Assembly: GCF_018350175.1 (NCBI RefSeq)
Contig: NC_058368.1
Location: 216,382,001 to 216,446,000, forward strand
From: Felis catus
Taxonomy: Eukaryota
Direction of reading: 5' to 3'
DNA: 64,000 nt
Within the stretch, counting starts at the first letter, position 1. The number at the start of each line of letters is the position of its first letter. The translations under genes were made by a program, and so were the position numbers. Positions 25,830 through 39,649 of the stretch are shown one piece after another. A model generated the notes under the pieces. It was given only the letters and a program-made list of their open reading frames with translations. It was not told where the DNA came from and searched no databases.

Positions 25830-26345
25830 TATGATGCATATCTTCCTCTATTAATACACACTGTATCTACTGCCTCTATTTTAATGGCATAAAAGATGAT
25901 GTAAGGACCCATGTTATTTGTTTCAACAGGTTTTCAGTAGGTGGGCATTTAAGTTGTTTTAAATTCTGCTATTAACAGCAATGAAGCGATAGTCATTACT
26001 AAAGTATATTTTTACATATGTGTACATATGCACTTTTAAGATGAATTTCTAAAAGTAAAAACACTAAGACCAAGAATATATATGCATTACAGTAAGATAT
26101 TACCAAATGATTCCCAAAGAGGTCTGTGCCAATTTAAATTCCTAAACTACTATTTGCAATGTATTCGTTATTCAACACTATCATGAATATAATGTATTAT
26201 CAAATGTTGTAATATCATTAATTTATTTGGGGGAAATTATATTTTATATAGATTGATAAAAGCATGTTTCAGAACATTTTATAGATATTTTGAATTTGTT
26301 AAAGTCTAAGAGATGTCTGTTTGAAAGCCTTTGGCCAATGAACTA
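25830..26345 (-). mobile_element. Very old L1 (L1ME-like) fragment
   Basis: gtgggcatttaagttgtttt...ctgctattaac...ttccc.aagagg..tgtgccaattta. Confidence 0.55.
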
Positions 26346-27054
26346 TTAAGATTTTGATTTTTTTTTTATCTTTTGGATCACAAAGAAGAATGCTAAAGTA
26401 GGAATTATCAGATGTTGACCAAAATGTTAAATTTCTTTACCGATATTTGTAATCACACAGTAGAAATGTAAGGTAGGAGCTAGCAAATGCTTTTGTCAAA
26501 TCATTCATTATTCATTTAAATTAAAATGTTCAATGTATATTTTTCTCTGTATGTTTTCTGCAAACAAAGCAAATTTTCAACTTTTCTTTTGGAAATCTAA
26601 GTATCATGTGTTAAGAGTTTAGTCTGATAGTTGCCCTTGGTTTCCTGGATGAGTTTGCTAATAGATTAATTTTCATATTCAGTGATTGTCTCTAAAATTA
26701 TCTTTTTTGTTGTTGTTGATGGAAATAACTATTCACACTGAGAACACTGATAATTAATCACCAGCCACAAACACTTGTAGGGTTTCTTCTCATTCTTGAG
26801 AGAAGTGCAGGCACTAGACCTACATGTCCACAGTAGGTGCTAAATTAAAAGAGGGCAAAATGAAGGCAGCCTGTCTATTTCCTTGGATTAACAGCAACAA
26901 CAACAACAACAACAAAAACACAAAACACTTACTACCAGCAATAACAGTAAACCATATAATGAAATACTCTTTCCAACTTTTCCCTGTGACTTGACTCTAG
27001 AGCTATTTCTCCATAAAAAAATAAAATAAAATAAATAAAATAAAATAATAATCC

Positions 27055-27272
27055 TACGTCTGTGTCCTCACATAATCTGCCCTTGGTCTGCATGTTTTCT
27101 GTATCCTAACCTCCTCCTTTTCTTATAAAGGCACCAGTGACATTGGATTAGGACCCACTCATATTACCTTATTTTACCCTAATCACCTCTTTAAAAGCCC
27201 TAATACATTCACAATTTGAGGCCTTAGGGCTTAAATATCTGAATTTCGAGGGGACACAATTTAGCTGTAACA
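27055..27272 (-). mobile_element. MLT1 LTR fragment
   Basis: tcttataaaggcaccagtgacattggattaggaccc...aatcacctctttaaaagcccta...gaatttcgaggggacacaatttagc. Confidence 0.8.
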
Positions 27273-27658
27273 CCAGAATTAGGCTTAGGCCTTTGACTTT
27301 GAGACCAACAATGGACCAAACCTGCTTTAACTTGAACATGGGAGGCAAAGTACAATGAACAGAGTCCTTGGCATTTTGCGATGAAGGAACAGGGATGGGA
27401 GTAAAGAGCCTCGGGGCAACAATGGAGATACTCAATGTATTCCATTAGAAAAATTCAAGTTCTCCTACATGGTTGGGTTTGATAGGTTTGCGCAGCGTTC
27501 AATATCATTTTCTTTCTCTTTTGAGCCAAACACAAAGGAAACTTGAAGGTAGTTTAGCATTAGTAAAATAGATTTTGTGCTAAGCTTGAATTTAAAATAA
27601 TAAATACGGGATGTCTAGATAAGCATTACACTTATAAACTATGCTAAAATATCATGTT

Positions 27659-27797
27659 GGGGCGCCTGGGTATCTCAACTGGTCAAGCGTCTGACTCTTG
27701 ATTTTGGCTCAGATCATGAGCCTGCTTAGGATTGCCTCTCTCCCTCTCTCTCTGCCCCCACCCCCTTGCTCTCTCTTTAAAAATAAATAAATAAACT
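27659..27797 (+). mobile_element. CAN-SINE with internal deletion (B-box segment missing)
   Basis: ggggcgcctggg...ctcagatcatga joins directly to gcctgcttaggatt, followed by (CT)n and an A-tail. Confidence 0.85.
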
Positions 27798-28711
27798 TAA
27801 GAAACAGTTTAAAAATGAAAACCTATAATAGTGTCAGATGTGAAACAACATGCAATGAGCATTGGGTATCCCTCCATTTCATTAAGAGACAAACCTGATT
27901 TTGAATAGACAATGACAATTTAAAATTTCAGGATATAAAATGCTGTGACCATTTGAGTTTCAGTTTCAGATTAGAAATTCCCAAGAGTTATCTTTCTGAG
28001 ATATTCTGAAACAGGATGCTACATCAAAATGAAAGGGTTGATTTGTTTAAAAACACAACAAAACAAAAAGAAAAAAAACATACAATGTGTCTATAAAATG
28101 GTTTCCTCATCTACAAGGTCATCTTTTGCAAATTTTTGCAATTGGCTTTAAATTCTTTTTTATATTTCCCAGAGTGAATTCCTTTGAGCTTTTTCTATCC
28201 ATAAAGGACTTCAGTGATGATTTTTGGTTTTGGCCAATTGTTTTCAAGCTCTTCAGATAGACACGGCCAAATATGTCATTTGCAATTTATCTCAAACTTT
28301 AATGTACAAATGATTTGCATTATATCAAGATCTTTATAAGATGTAATTTTAATTTTGAAATTTTAAGTGCATCCTACTCTCCTGTAATTTTAACAAACTT
28401 CCAAGTGATGACAATGCCTCTGGACCACGGGCCATATTTGGCGTCTCAAGGCTTTAAATTGCCAGATCTATGCAGCTCAATTCCACACACACGTTCCCAA
28501 ATATTTTGGTCCCAGAAATTCTAGTCAGAATCTCATTTCTTTTGCCCAGCTCCCTCCTCCTCCTTTATATCTCTTATATTTCCTGTAGGCTTTTAGGTCT
28601 CCTTGTTTTTACGTCTACTGTTCATCTCTCTGTCATAGGACTCCCTCTCTTAGCAAACTTGGGATTTCCTACTCATTCCATCCAGGCAGTTAGTTATACC
28701 CACATGAAAGG

Positions 28712-29513
28712 GTGTCTGAACCCAATTTTAACATGAATGGGGGGGGGTTGTCCACACACCACTAAGCAGTTCTTGGACACCCTCCCGGTGTCCAAGAACT
28801 CAACTCAATTCTGGCATGCTCTACCCCGACCTAACGTCAGATTCCACAGGTTGAGGGTTTTAGTTCCACAAAACTGCCCTGTCCCACTTCAGATGCCATT
28901 ACAAGCCCGGGTTGTTACCTGCACTTCTGACCAACCGGCTATAGACCAGAAGTTTCCACAGCTCCTTTCTTTGGTTTGATTAATTTGCTAGCAAGGGTCA
29001 CAGAACTTGGTGAAACATATTACTTACTAGATCACCAGTTTATTATAAAAGGACATAACTTAGGAATAGCAAGAGGGAAGAGTTGTACAGGGTAAGGTAT
29101 GGGAAAAGGGCAGGAAGCTTCCATTTACTCTCCAGGCCATTCCCTGAGCACCTCCATGTGTTCAGTTCAGTAACACAGCTCTTAAACCTTATTCATTTGG
29201 GGTTTTATGGAAGCCTCATTACAAAGTCACAGTTGATTAAATCATCGGTCAGTGGAGATTGGTTGAGCCTCCAGGCCCTCTTCCCTCACTGGAAGTCAGG
29301 GAGTGGGACCAAAAGTTCCAACCCTGTAATCACATGCTTCCCCTGGCAACCAATCCCCATCATTACACACAGTCCAAAATGTCACCTCACTAACATAACG
29401 AAAGACCCCTTTATGGGACTTTATCACTTAGAAATCTCCACGGGTTTTAAGAGGTCTGTGCCAGAAATGAGACGAAAGCCAAATATATATTTCTTATTAT
29501 AAATCACAATATC
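28712..29513 (-). mobile_element. Solo LTR, MER21-like
   Basis: caactcaattctg...cagattccacaggttgaggg...acttctgaccaaccggctata...ccaaatatatatttcttattataaatcacaatatc. Confidence 0.8.
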
Positions 29514-31044
29514 TTGCCACATTTGTGTTTGCATAGAATACTGTACATTGTTTTTATCATCTTGCATTGTAGTTTAGGTAGCTCCTTGACCATGTATGTT
29601 TGAATTGTTATATTCCCCAAATTTAGCAAAGCATCTGGAATAAAGCAGGACAACATAAATGTTTACTAAATAAAAAAGAAAAATGGAGACAGAAATAGAA
29701 ATGGAATTACCGAGATGATCATAAATGGAGTTTATTCCTCTCAAAATTTAGGCTACAAAGACTCATTTTCAATTAGCTAAATTATCTAACGTTATTTTTG
29801 CTCTGAGCTGTCTATGTAATATGATTTGCTGTAGTTAGGTTCACACTTTGCTTTTACATTTTGGCTCTTTTCCTAATAGCACAGATAATTTTCAGGCTCT
29901 CTTGTAAAATACAGATAATGAATTAAAGGGATTCAAAGACTCTGATAATAGAGAATAGTAACGATTACAGTTGATGGGGACAGTCAATCATTTAAGGTGA
30001 TCACTCATCTTCCACAATTTCAATGCTCTTTCTGTTTTAGGAGATGACAGAAATGCCTGTTGGAAAGATGGAAAATCACCGAGTGAAGGAAGTCGAAGTG
30101 GAAAAAATAGGGTCAAATGCAAAACTTGCATATACCTTTCAAAACCCAAAACCTCATCTACCTGTACCACACTAAATCCCACAGCGACCCCCTGTGCATC
30201 TAAATCTTATAACTTCAGTGTATTTTGCAACCAGAAAATTATTTTTTCTTTCCCCCAAAGCTACTCTAGGCTGGTGTCATATCATTAAAATTGACATTTT
30301 GAAAATCAGGTTAACTACAGAGTTGGGTGCATTACAGTTAACTTACTCTACTCCTTCCAGGACTGATATACCCTTGCTCTCATGTCGAAAACACCTTGTC
30401 AAACCCTGTTTTTTGTTAACAAGAATGTATCTTGAGAGAAAGCACCTGCAGAGTATAATGAATGAAACAATTCTTAAATGCATGCAAACACCCAATAGAC
30501 TTTGTTCCTCATGTCTGCTCAGGGGAAGCTATTAGCTGGCAAAGAAGTAGATTTAGACTTTTAAAATAGATACCGCTAAGCACCTGGTGTTCAGACTCTT
30601 TGACTTGATGTCGATTTATTGTTCTTTCAAACTTCTTTGCTGTTTACAATACTAAAACATACAGGGATGAAAAACATTGATTTAACTATAACCCTAACTG
30701 CATTCTTACAGAGTAAATGACACAAAAATCTACACAATGACTCAAAAATTCCTGTCTTGGTAAGAATAAAATATGCCTTTGCAAAGCAAATATTATATGA
30801 TGAGTGTTTGCTTTTAAAACGCATCATTGAATTGCTTCTCACTAAGCAGCAGAATTGAGTATATGAATGGGATCTCAGTGTCTAATATTGTTTCATATAT
30901 TTTTTCAAGTTTTTTTTAATATGAATGAATACACTAAGATCATTAAAATATACCACTTGATTAATACCTGCCTTACTGCATTTGGAAAATTTAATTATTA
31001 AAGAGGTTCTGTTGAGCTTTTATCCTATCTTGGTACTTTGGTTA

Positions 31045-31265
31045 AACATAGCGGAAAATTAATGACACTTGGAGCACGACATATTCAAATCTTGGCATTG
31101 CCCACTTACTCTCAGTCAACCTGGTTTTCGCCTTTGATTCCCATTCAACTCATCTGTGAAATGAGACACAAAATTACATACCGGGTATTTCTTAGGATTT
31201 AAAAAAGATAACGTAAAACCCCTAGTAATATGTTTACCTTATGGATAGTCTATAAATGTTATTAA
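31045..31265 (+). mobile_element. MIR fragment
   Basis: ttcaaatcttggc...ccacttact...ctcatctgtgaaatgag...aggatttaaaaaagataacgtaaa. Confidence 0.55.
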
Positions 31266-32791
31266 TTTTAATATCAAATTAATATAGTTATTATTATTAT
31301 TAGAAATTTGCAAGTGTTATACAAAGTCTTTGAGAAATTTAGATAATCTTTTTCCATAGATTTATATATACTGGTACATTGATTCCTCAAAGTCATTACA
31401 GAAAAGTAGTTAAAAGAATGGCGTTTGATATCAAGCATAGGCTTAAATTCCAGGTTCTCTACTTGTTAGCTCGACTTTTTCATCTACATTGTCTCAACCC
31501 CATGAATTTATTCATACATGATTACCTCATAGGGCTTTTTGTTTTGTTTTGTTACCATGGTAACATGGTAACTCTTTCAGGTAGATGAAAAACAGAGGCT
31601 AAGCTTTACTCTTCCTTTGGTGAGGCGTCTGGATGCAGAAATAAAGCATTTTTACAAATATGACAAGAAGAGGGCTTGATTATGCCAATGGAAATTGTTG
31701 ATTCAAGTATACTCTGAATGTTTGCCTTTCCAGGTCCCTGGACACAAATGATACACGAAGTTACCTGTAATGTGGAGACTGGATTATCTGCTGGCAAAAC
31801 TTTTTATACGGCTACCACAAGTTCCAAACACTTGAAAAAGGCCACCATCTTTATTCACTGGAAACTTCCATCCAGCATCTCCTTCTTGAACCCCTCTTCG
31901 GCTCAAAGGTCTCTCCTTTTCCTTTCTTCCTGTAATTATTCAGCTTATTAACTACAATCCACTCACTCTTCTCCACAAAAGCCTTGCTCTCATCTCCCTT
32001 CTTCTGTTTCATATTCACTCAGAAAGAATTTCACACATTAACTAGAGTGTGATCACAGCCAATACGCAGCCAGCATGCTGATGGTATCCTATATTAGAGT
32101 ATTTAGTGCTGGCACTACTAGATATTAAAATACTGATGTTACTAGATGTTAAGATATCAAACTACTTCTACGCTTCACATATGAACCACTGCTTCTTAAG
32201 TATTACCTGTGTTTTTCTGCTGCCGTGGAATGTCACTGGGAAACGCCTCCAGATTCCCACGATCCTGAAACTAAAGGATCAATGCTTGGCACAGCAGAGG
32301 TTCTCCAGGGTTACAGGCCAGCACAATGTCTAGTATCTGTGTTCATTTCGCTTGCTTTAAGTTGTATTATTTCATCCTTTTAATCCAAGAGGAAAATGAG
32401 ATGCAGAGAGCTGGTGTAAGTGGCAGAGCTTTTGATTCAAACCTCGTCAGCCCCACACTCTTTGTACTCAACCCACAGCATTTCTTGTCTGGCCTAGTGG
32501 ATTAAATTTGCTCTAATTAAATATGACATTCTTATTCACAGTTTTGTGACTTAATTCACAAAAAAGATACTGGATATATAAAAGCTTTAGATACTATTTT
32601 AAGTATTGTGATATTTTTGCATAATTGCTTTTAGCTCAGCAGATCGTAAGAGAAGCTTTAGCATAATGAACAAAATTATGAGCCTTAAAAGTAATCTTAT
32701 ACCTATTGAAGCTAAAAAGCACCTGTTTCTATCAATAAATAAGAAGTCATTGGAAAAGTTTGATGCTATCTCTTAAGAAATATTGTGTTCC

Positions 32792-33019
32792 GGGTGCCTG
32801 GGTGGCGCAGTCGGTTAAGCGTCCGACTTCAGCCAGGTCACGATCTCGCGGTCCGTGAGTTCGAGCCCCATGTCAGGCTCTGGACTGATGGCTCAGCCTG
32901 GAGCCTGTTTCCGATTCTGTGTCTCCCTCTCTCTCTGCCCCTCCCCCGATTCATGCTCTGTCTCTCTCTGTCCCAAAAATAAATAAACGTTGAAAAAAAA
33001 AATTAAAAAAAAAAAAAGA
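32792..33019 (+). mobile_element. Young SINEC_Fc
   Basis: Perfect 17-bp TSD aagaaatattgtgttcc at 32775-32791 and 33020-33036. Confidence 0.97.
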
Positions 33020-33204
33020 AAGAAATATTGTGTTCCAGACAACAGACAAGTGCTGTGATTTTGAGAGAGACATATACATTTAAAAAAAAAATGAAACAAA
33101 ATAAAACCGTAGCAAATATTTACAAAAATATATAAAAATTGCAGTATTTTTAAATGATCTGATTGACAATTTCCACTGCACTTATATTATTTAATTAGCA
33201 ACAT

Positions 33205-33206
<2 letters not shown>

Positions 33207-33238
<32 letters not shown>
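33207..33238. repeat. (TG)n microsatellite
   Basis: Seen directly. Confidence 0.95.
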
Positions 33239-33239
<1 letters not shown>

Positions 33240-33384
33240 ACATAGAGAGCAGAAGAGCAGGCAAGATTTAAATACAAACTAAGATTGACAAGGTGACAAC
33301 TATCACCTTGGGAATACCATACAGCCGTGCGAGGAGGGCTCTCCTAAAACATTGATAATTTAACTGACACTGTGCTGTACTAGT

Positions 33385-33862
33385 TCTCCTGTCTGAAGGT
33401 GTGTGTCCCCCAAATTCACATTTTGAAACCCTAATGTCCAATGCTATGGTGTTAGTGGTACCTCTGGGAGGCAAATAGGTCATGAGAGTGGAGGCCTCAT
33501 AAACAGAATTAGTGTTCCTATAAATGAGACCCCAGAGAGCTCCCTAGTCCTTTCTTTTTCCTTTCAGTTTTTTGTTGTTGTTGTTGTTTGTTTATTTATT
33601 TACCTTGAGAGAGAGAGCGGGAGGGATAGAGACAGAGATCATCTTAACAGACTGAGCCACCCAGGTGCCCCTCTCCCCCGCCCCCAGACCGTTCTGCCAT
33701 GTGAGGATTCAAAGAGAAGTCTGCAGCCTGGAAGAGGGCCTTTGCCATATTGGCACCCTGATCTCAGAGTTCGAGGCTCACAACGGTGAGCAATAAATTT
33801 CTATCGTTTATACACCACTCACTCTGTGGCCTTTCCCTCTAGTAACCCAAATAGATCAAGAC
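33385..33862 (+). mobile_element. MaLR solo LTR (MLT1A/B-like) interrupted by a SINE remnant
   Basis: tgtgtcccccaaattcac...gaaaccctaa...gccatgtgagga...ggcaccctgatctcag...caataaatttct. Confidence 0.8.
33575..33671 (-). mobile_element. Internally deleted CAN-SINE remnant
   Basis: The tail and (GA)n join directly to cttaacagactgagccacccaggtgcccc. Confidence 0.8.
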
Positions 33863-33869
33863 TCTATAT

Positions 33870-34814
33870 GAGAGGGAAAAAGTTTTCCCCAATCTTTGTA
33901 GAGACCTTAGGTGGGTCTGAAAATCAAACAGGCAAAGACGTTAACAGCAGAAAAGCGTATCAGCCTATTTAAGAGAAGTTTTACATGACACAGGAAACTT
34001 CGTAACAAAACTGTAGGGGCCATGAATAGGCTGCCCCCAAATGTGCCACTTTGGCATACTGAATATTTAAAATAAAAATTAGTTAAAGAGAGAGCCTGTG
34101 TAAGAAGGACACTCAGGTCCTCCCCTATGTCCCCAAAAGCAGGAAATAAATCTCTGATGTGAAAGAGAGAGGTACCATCAGATAAAAGGGCAGCTTTATC
34201 ACCAGAAATGGGGAATCCAGAGCCGAGAAGCCTGTATCAAGAACCCTTGTTAGTTTTTAGTAATTCACTACCACAGTCCACATTCTGTTCAGAATTCCTT
34301 ACTTCCTGAAAATCTCGAAGTAAGTTTTCTTTGTCAGTTCTTCACAGATGTATTGTCTCTGTGTCTAAAAAAGTGTAAAAAATGCCTGCGTTGGTCATTT
34401 CTTGGGATCCCAATTTTATTTGAAGGCCTCCCTGTGCATGTATTAATGTTTTTCCCCTCCTGTTAATGTCTCCTTTAAATTTAATTCTCAATTTAGCTGG
34501 AAGACCCTGAGGGTAGAGAAGAATTTTTCCTTCCCTTCAGAATGAAAACACAGTTAGGTCTGAGTATTTTTACGCTAGGCTTATTGAAGAGCAGACAGTC
34601 TTCGAGGAATAGGATAGGTTACAGAGAAGGAAGTAAGTGTGATACTTTGTGGGGAACTTAGCAAGGCCGGCTTGTTCAGATTCGTCAAGGACTTTATGAC
34701 CTGTTTCGGGGGAGGAGGGACCTGCTTCTGCTGGTCACTCCATCGTCCTCAGCTGGAAACACTCAGTATGCCAAGCTGCCATGTTTGGGGTTAGCATGTC
34801 CCGAGCAACTCCAT
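33870..34814 (-). mobile_element. ERV1-class solo LTR (MER31/MER34-like) split by a nested LTR
   Basis: The reverse complement of the right end reads ...ccccaaacatggcagcttggcatactgagtgttt. The sequence continues on both sides of 34012-34539. Confidence 0.55.
34012..34539 (+). mobile_element. ERV1-class solo LTR nested in the previous LTR
   Basis: TG...CA termini (tgtagggg...ccttca); ccccaaatgtgccactttggcatactgaatattt; aagcaggaaataaatct. Confidence 0.6.
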
Positions 34815-34817
34815 AGT

Positions 34818-34967
34818 ATCTGCACGCCAAGGAGAAAGGACTTGGGAGAAACCAACCCTCCTCACACCTCAGCCTTCTAGCCCCTGGAATTGTAAGAAAA
34901 TACATTTCTGTCCTTGAAACCACCCAGTCTGTAGCACTATGTTATGGAAGCCCAGCGAACTAGTGCA
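34818..34967 (+). mobile_element. MLT1 LTR 3' fragment
   Basis: gaaaccaaccct...ttctagcccctggaattgtaagaaaatacatttctg...ccacccagtctgt...tgttatgg. Confidence 0.75.
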
Positions 34968-34968
34968 G

Positions 34969-35463
34969 TGAAAAAGCGAGGAGTCCAGCTTCTGAACAAA
35001 ACACGATACAGGTCTTCCAGGCCCAACCACAGGCAGTCACAAGGCTTTCCCTGTGGAACCTCATGGGAGAAGTTCCCCTAAACCCAAAAGGGCCCTCAGC
35101 CGATGCCTTGTGGTCTCTGAAGGGAGCGACAGCAAAAGAATCCAGTCCCACCGTGACCAGCCAAGCCCCAAGCGTGTCTGCATCCTGGGCCCACACACCT
35201 CCATTTGGGCTTCTTCCCACTGGCACCTCTGATAAGACCCCCTTAGAGGGGAGGAGGGGAAACCATAAAGGCACTTGAGTCTGTCTCAGTACTTTCTGAC
35301 TCCCGGCCCTGTCCCCTTCCCCCTTCTCTTGGCTCCTGTGGCCAATAAAATGGCAGCAACTTTTTGTTCAGAGATCCTTTGGCGCTGAGACGTTTCCCCC
35401 TGTCTGCACTGATGCATCTGGTGCCGATCTGTGCTGAAGAATCGAACATGACAGCAGCCGACA
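34969..35463 (+). mobile_element. Probable ERV solo LTR (GC-richer, family not identified)
   Basis: TG start, TATA-like cataaa, AATAAA near 35344 followed by U5-like sequence, and a possible CA end. No clear TSD. Confidence 0.45.
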
Positions 35464-35544
35464 TCTTTGTGATTTAGCCTCTTGCTTATATGATTGCAAT
35501 AAGCAATTTAAGGCTTGACTGTTACTTTAATTTTGGCTTGTTGT

Positions 35545-35595
35545 TTTATTTTATTTCAGTTTTATTCTTTTGAGAGACCGAAAGAGAGCAGAAGA

Positions 35596-35637
<42 letters not shown>

Positions 35638-35758
35638 CAAGCAGGCTCCAAGCCCAGTGTGGAGTCCGATGCAGAGCTCGATCTCAGCACCTTGAGATCA
35701 TGACCTGAGCCAAAATCAAGAGTTGGATCCTTCACCAACTGATCCCCCCGGGCACCCC
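35545..35758 (-). mobile_element. Older CAN-SINE
   Basis: SINE body with flanking ttg(g/a)cttgtt. Confidence 0.9.
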
Positions 35759-36429
35759 TTGACTTGTTTCGATCGGCTCTAACAATGACAGTTCAGTTCT
35801 CCCTCAGCTCCCCACAGCTCTTGACAATAAGGAGTTGAATATAATCGGTATGTGGTGACTGACTTCATATCCCTGACATCAATGAAGAGTTAAAATCTGT
35901 AGCAAGAATTGAAGCAAAGCCTCTAATCCTCCTATACGTAAAGTTCATACATCGTCCTGAGGCAGTTAGTTGTCTTGAAAATGATGAGTCAGATTTAGTT
36001 ACTACTCCTGGCTGAAAGTAATAAACACAACTCTGGCTGACAATTCAACTGATGAGGCATTTTACTACATTTGTTAAGGATTTGGGGAAGCTCGCCTTTT
36101 GGAGAATTGGGAAACCTAATTTAGCAGCAAGATTCCAGGGACAACCACCGAGATCCTGATGCAGAACTGATCTGACGAGGAAAAGTGGTTGCTGCCACCA
36201 AGGACGGGACACTAAGAGTTTGTCCTACTAGCTCTGTAATTCTTATGGTCACCACACTCTTCAGAGAGATAAATAGGAAAAAAAAAAAAAAACAACTTTC
36301 AATACTTTCCCACTTCTGTCCCCAGCTCCTTGGTCAAAGTCAATAGAGAATGTGTATGACAGGTAGAGCCTGAAGAACATTTCTGGGCATTTGTGATAGT
36401 CAGAAGCCAAAAAATGGTGCCTTTAGGAC

Positions 36430-36650
36430 CACGGACTGAGATGCTGCACTGCCTATCTACCACACTGAAAAGCTGTGTGACTTTCTGCAACTTTCTTTAC
36501 CTCTCTGTTCCTCAGGTTCCTCATCTGTATAACAGGAATAACAGTGGTAACAACCTTATTGGGTTCTTTTGAGAAATTAATAATTTTAAATCAATAAAAC
36601 ACTTAGAACGATGCATGGGACATTATAAGCATTATTTTCAGTCAATATTT
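36430..36650 (+). mobile_element. MIR
   Basis: agctgtgtgacttt...acctctctgttcctcaggttcctcatctgtataacaggaataa...taaaacacttagaac. Confidence 0.75.
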
Positions 36651-38659
36651 ATCATTGCAAGATAAACTGGGAGAAGTGATTCTCAAAGCCTTAGTTGTTC
36701 CTGTGAGGGTGGAGTGGGAGCTTGACTGAAATAAGACACAAAAAACACAGAATTGGCCAAGCACGTGATGCATTCGGTTCCTTGGTAACTAAACTAAACA
36801 CATCATAAGAGGCTGGAAAATATCTTCTTCCTCCTTGTATATGTAAAATACGCTATGAGAATATACTGTATATGAGAATATACTATATATGATATGCTCT
36901 CATGTACTTTACATGAGAATTAATGTCATATAAAACTTTGTGATGGTTTACATAGCCTGAGAGCTAATTACTGGAAACAAACACCCAAACAAACATTACC
37001 TGCAGCTCAGGTTCTGTGGAATAGACGAATGGGGGTCTTGTGAAAGGTCGAATTCTTACAATCTGACTTCTGAGATCTGATATGTCAGTCAAAATCCATC
37101 CCTGATTAACATGGGGAATCTACTGAGACCAATGATTCCGGCAAGGAGGAACCTGTTGCAAGGAGGAGAAATGTGAAAGCAAGGGGAAGGTGTCGGAGGC
37201 AAAAGCAACCCCCAGGAGGAAAGATGGGGAATGGTCAATACCTGAGCAGGTAAAGCCCACCCCCGCAGGGCTTTAGCACCGCTGCTTTGTTTCAGTCTCT
37301 GGATCAGTGCACTTGATTCTTCAGTTCAGTTAAGGCTCTGTAGGGGAAATAGAAAAAGAAAAACCATCTCTGGTTTCTGGAGTGGAGCTTTGCTTCAGAT
37401 CAGTATATGAAGTCCTAGGCTGTTTACACTAGTGGGTTACATTTATTTTGTTTACATTTGATGCCAAAACAGAAAGTCGGAGAATGTGCAACATTCTTTA
37501 GTGTGTACAGTCAAACTTGAAGAAAAACTAACAACAAATAATAATGGGGAACAAAGTCGGTTTCAAAGAATATGAACCAAAATACATTATTATTATTATC
37601 ATCATTATTTTAGGCAACACTATTGAACTAATTACGCATACGTGATTGGGTATATTCATATTCTTAATAATAAGATGAAGTTTTGCTTTTAACGTTGGCA
37701 CGAAAACCGCTCACAATCAGTTATAATTTTTTCAACCCACACTCAATAGAGCTCAACAGAATAAGGTGAACATTAATATATGAATACTGATAAATTTCCC
37801 CTGGATTCTCTCATGGAACTCCAAAATTGAATAAATGGACATTTAATAGAACTTGAGCATGCCAAATGCATGGTAAAACTTGAAGAGCACAAACATTTGT
37901 ATATTGTTATCAGAATGTCACTAAATGCAAATTGTAATTGCGGTTTCAACAGAGAATACAAAGAAATGCCTTCAAATTGGAGTTAGACCCATTGTGTTTT
38001 TAACAGGTATTGTAATATTCTTCAAAAGTCACTATAAATAGAATATCTGCTGAAAAATTCGTTCAGAATAAATCTAAAATGTAAGGACATGATATCAAAC
38101 TATCAATATAAGAATATACATATATTATAAATCCATGTATATTGTATATATATGTATAACTATATATGCATGTATATATAATATATATGTATACATGCAT
38201 ATTATATATGTATATATGTATATACACACACATATATTTAAATGCCTTCATTTGTATTCCTGTGAGGTATAGATACAAAAGAAAATATGTTCATAAAAAG
38301 GTGTAAACATCTTAAAAGGGTTAGGAATACTAAGAAAAGCATGAAAGAAGACAGTTAAAAATCAACACTGTAAGATAGACTGAGTTGTACAAATTATCTT
38401 CACGATTTCCTTTTTCTTTATATTGACATCATTGTACAACTGCCTTAAAAGAGCAATTTAGGCTTATTAATACATTTAGAAAATAAAAATTTAAAAATTA
38501 TGATTTACTAAAAGAACAAATAATGGTGATATATTTTGGTTTTTAGTTCTGTTCTTTTTGTGAATGCAAGCTCTTTTCCATACTATGGTATTTATAACAC
38601 TTTATCCGGATTTTGTTCATAGTATGGGAGATGTTTTCCACATTTTATTTGCATTTCTT

Positions 38660-39063
38660 AAAAAGCAAAATTCGGCTAAATACATTTTAAAGATCTTGTT
38701 GGCTTTTATTCAATGATTCATGAATGGGGCAACATCCCATCTAACAAACAGAAAGCTCAGAAGAGCTGTACAAAACCAAATATTTTTATAGGCAGAAAGG
38801 GAGCAGGACAAGGAGGCTAGTAGGCAAGAATGGATTGTTTCAAGCAAGGTCACCCTCCTTTGGGGGAATGGCAGAGGTCTATCACGTGGCTTAATTCATT
38901 AGTGCTGACCGGGAAATTCAAGACTGACTGGTTAAGATTACATTTCTGGGAAAGGCTGGACCTGTTGTTAGGTTAGGTACTAAGTCTTGGTTTGGTGATG
39001 TGGGCTTAGCACAAAAGATTTAATGTGCAGCCTGTCATCTCTCTGTCTCTCTCTCTCTCTCAA
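38660..39063 (-). mobile_element. ERV-type solo LTR
   Basis: aaagatcttgttggcttttattcaatgattcatgaatggggca...ttttataggcaga...ggcaagaatggattgtt. The reverse complement carries TATA and AATAAA. Confidence 0.55.
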
Positions 39064-39649
39064 AAGATTAAAACACAGAATTTTAAATTACACGTAACAT
39101 TTATTGTCATGTATAATTTTCTAAAGCATAATCATATTTCTACGTAATTTTTCATGTACATCTCTGTCTATGCTTATAATATTTTTTGTGTATAGTCCTA
39201 AAAAACACTTAATGTTTATGTAAATATATGTAAGACAATGATGAGTATTTTATTTTTATTGTACTTCACAGATTTGTCTTTTAAGATATCTTAAGGGGAC
39301 TCAAGATCACTGTAAAAAAGGGTATCTAGCTCTTTACCTCTAGTCAAAAATTAAATCACACAAAAAATAATTAATTTCCACTTGAACTAAAAGCAAAACA
39401 AACAAAAAGATTGGCAAGAACCAATTACCATTAAGACTACATTGTCCGGGAAAAGGTGGATTGCAGAATTGATTTTTTAGGTCTGGAGATCTGAAGGGTG
39501 GCTTCTTTCAAACCTCAGTTTACTCCCCCAGTTAGAAGGAAAAAAAAATGAAAGAGAAAAGAGTTTTTCTTTAGCCTTACCCAAAGACATAGATCCTAGT
39601 TAGTTCAACACATGGAAATAAGAAGGATGCACATAGAATTGCTACTTTG

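Noticed and set aside
29083..29502. 139-aa ORF
   Set aside because: It lies wholly within the MER21-like LTR and shows no gag, pol or env similarity.
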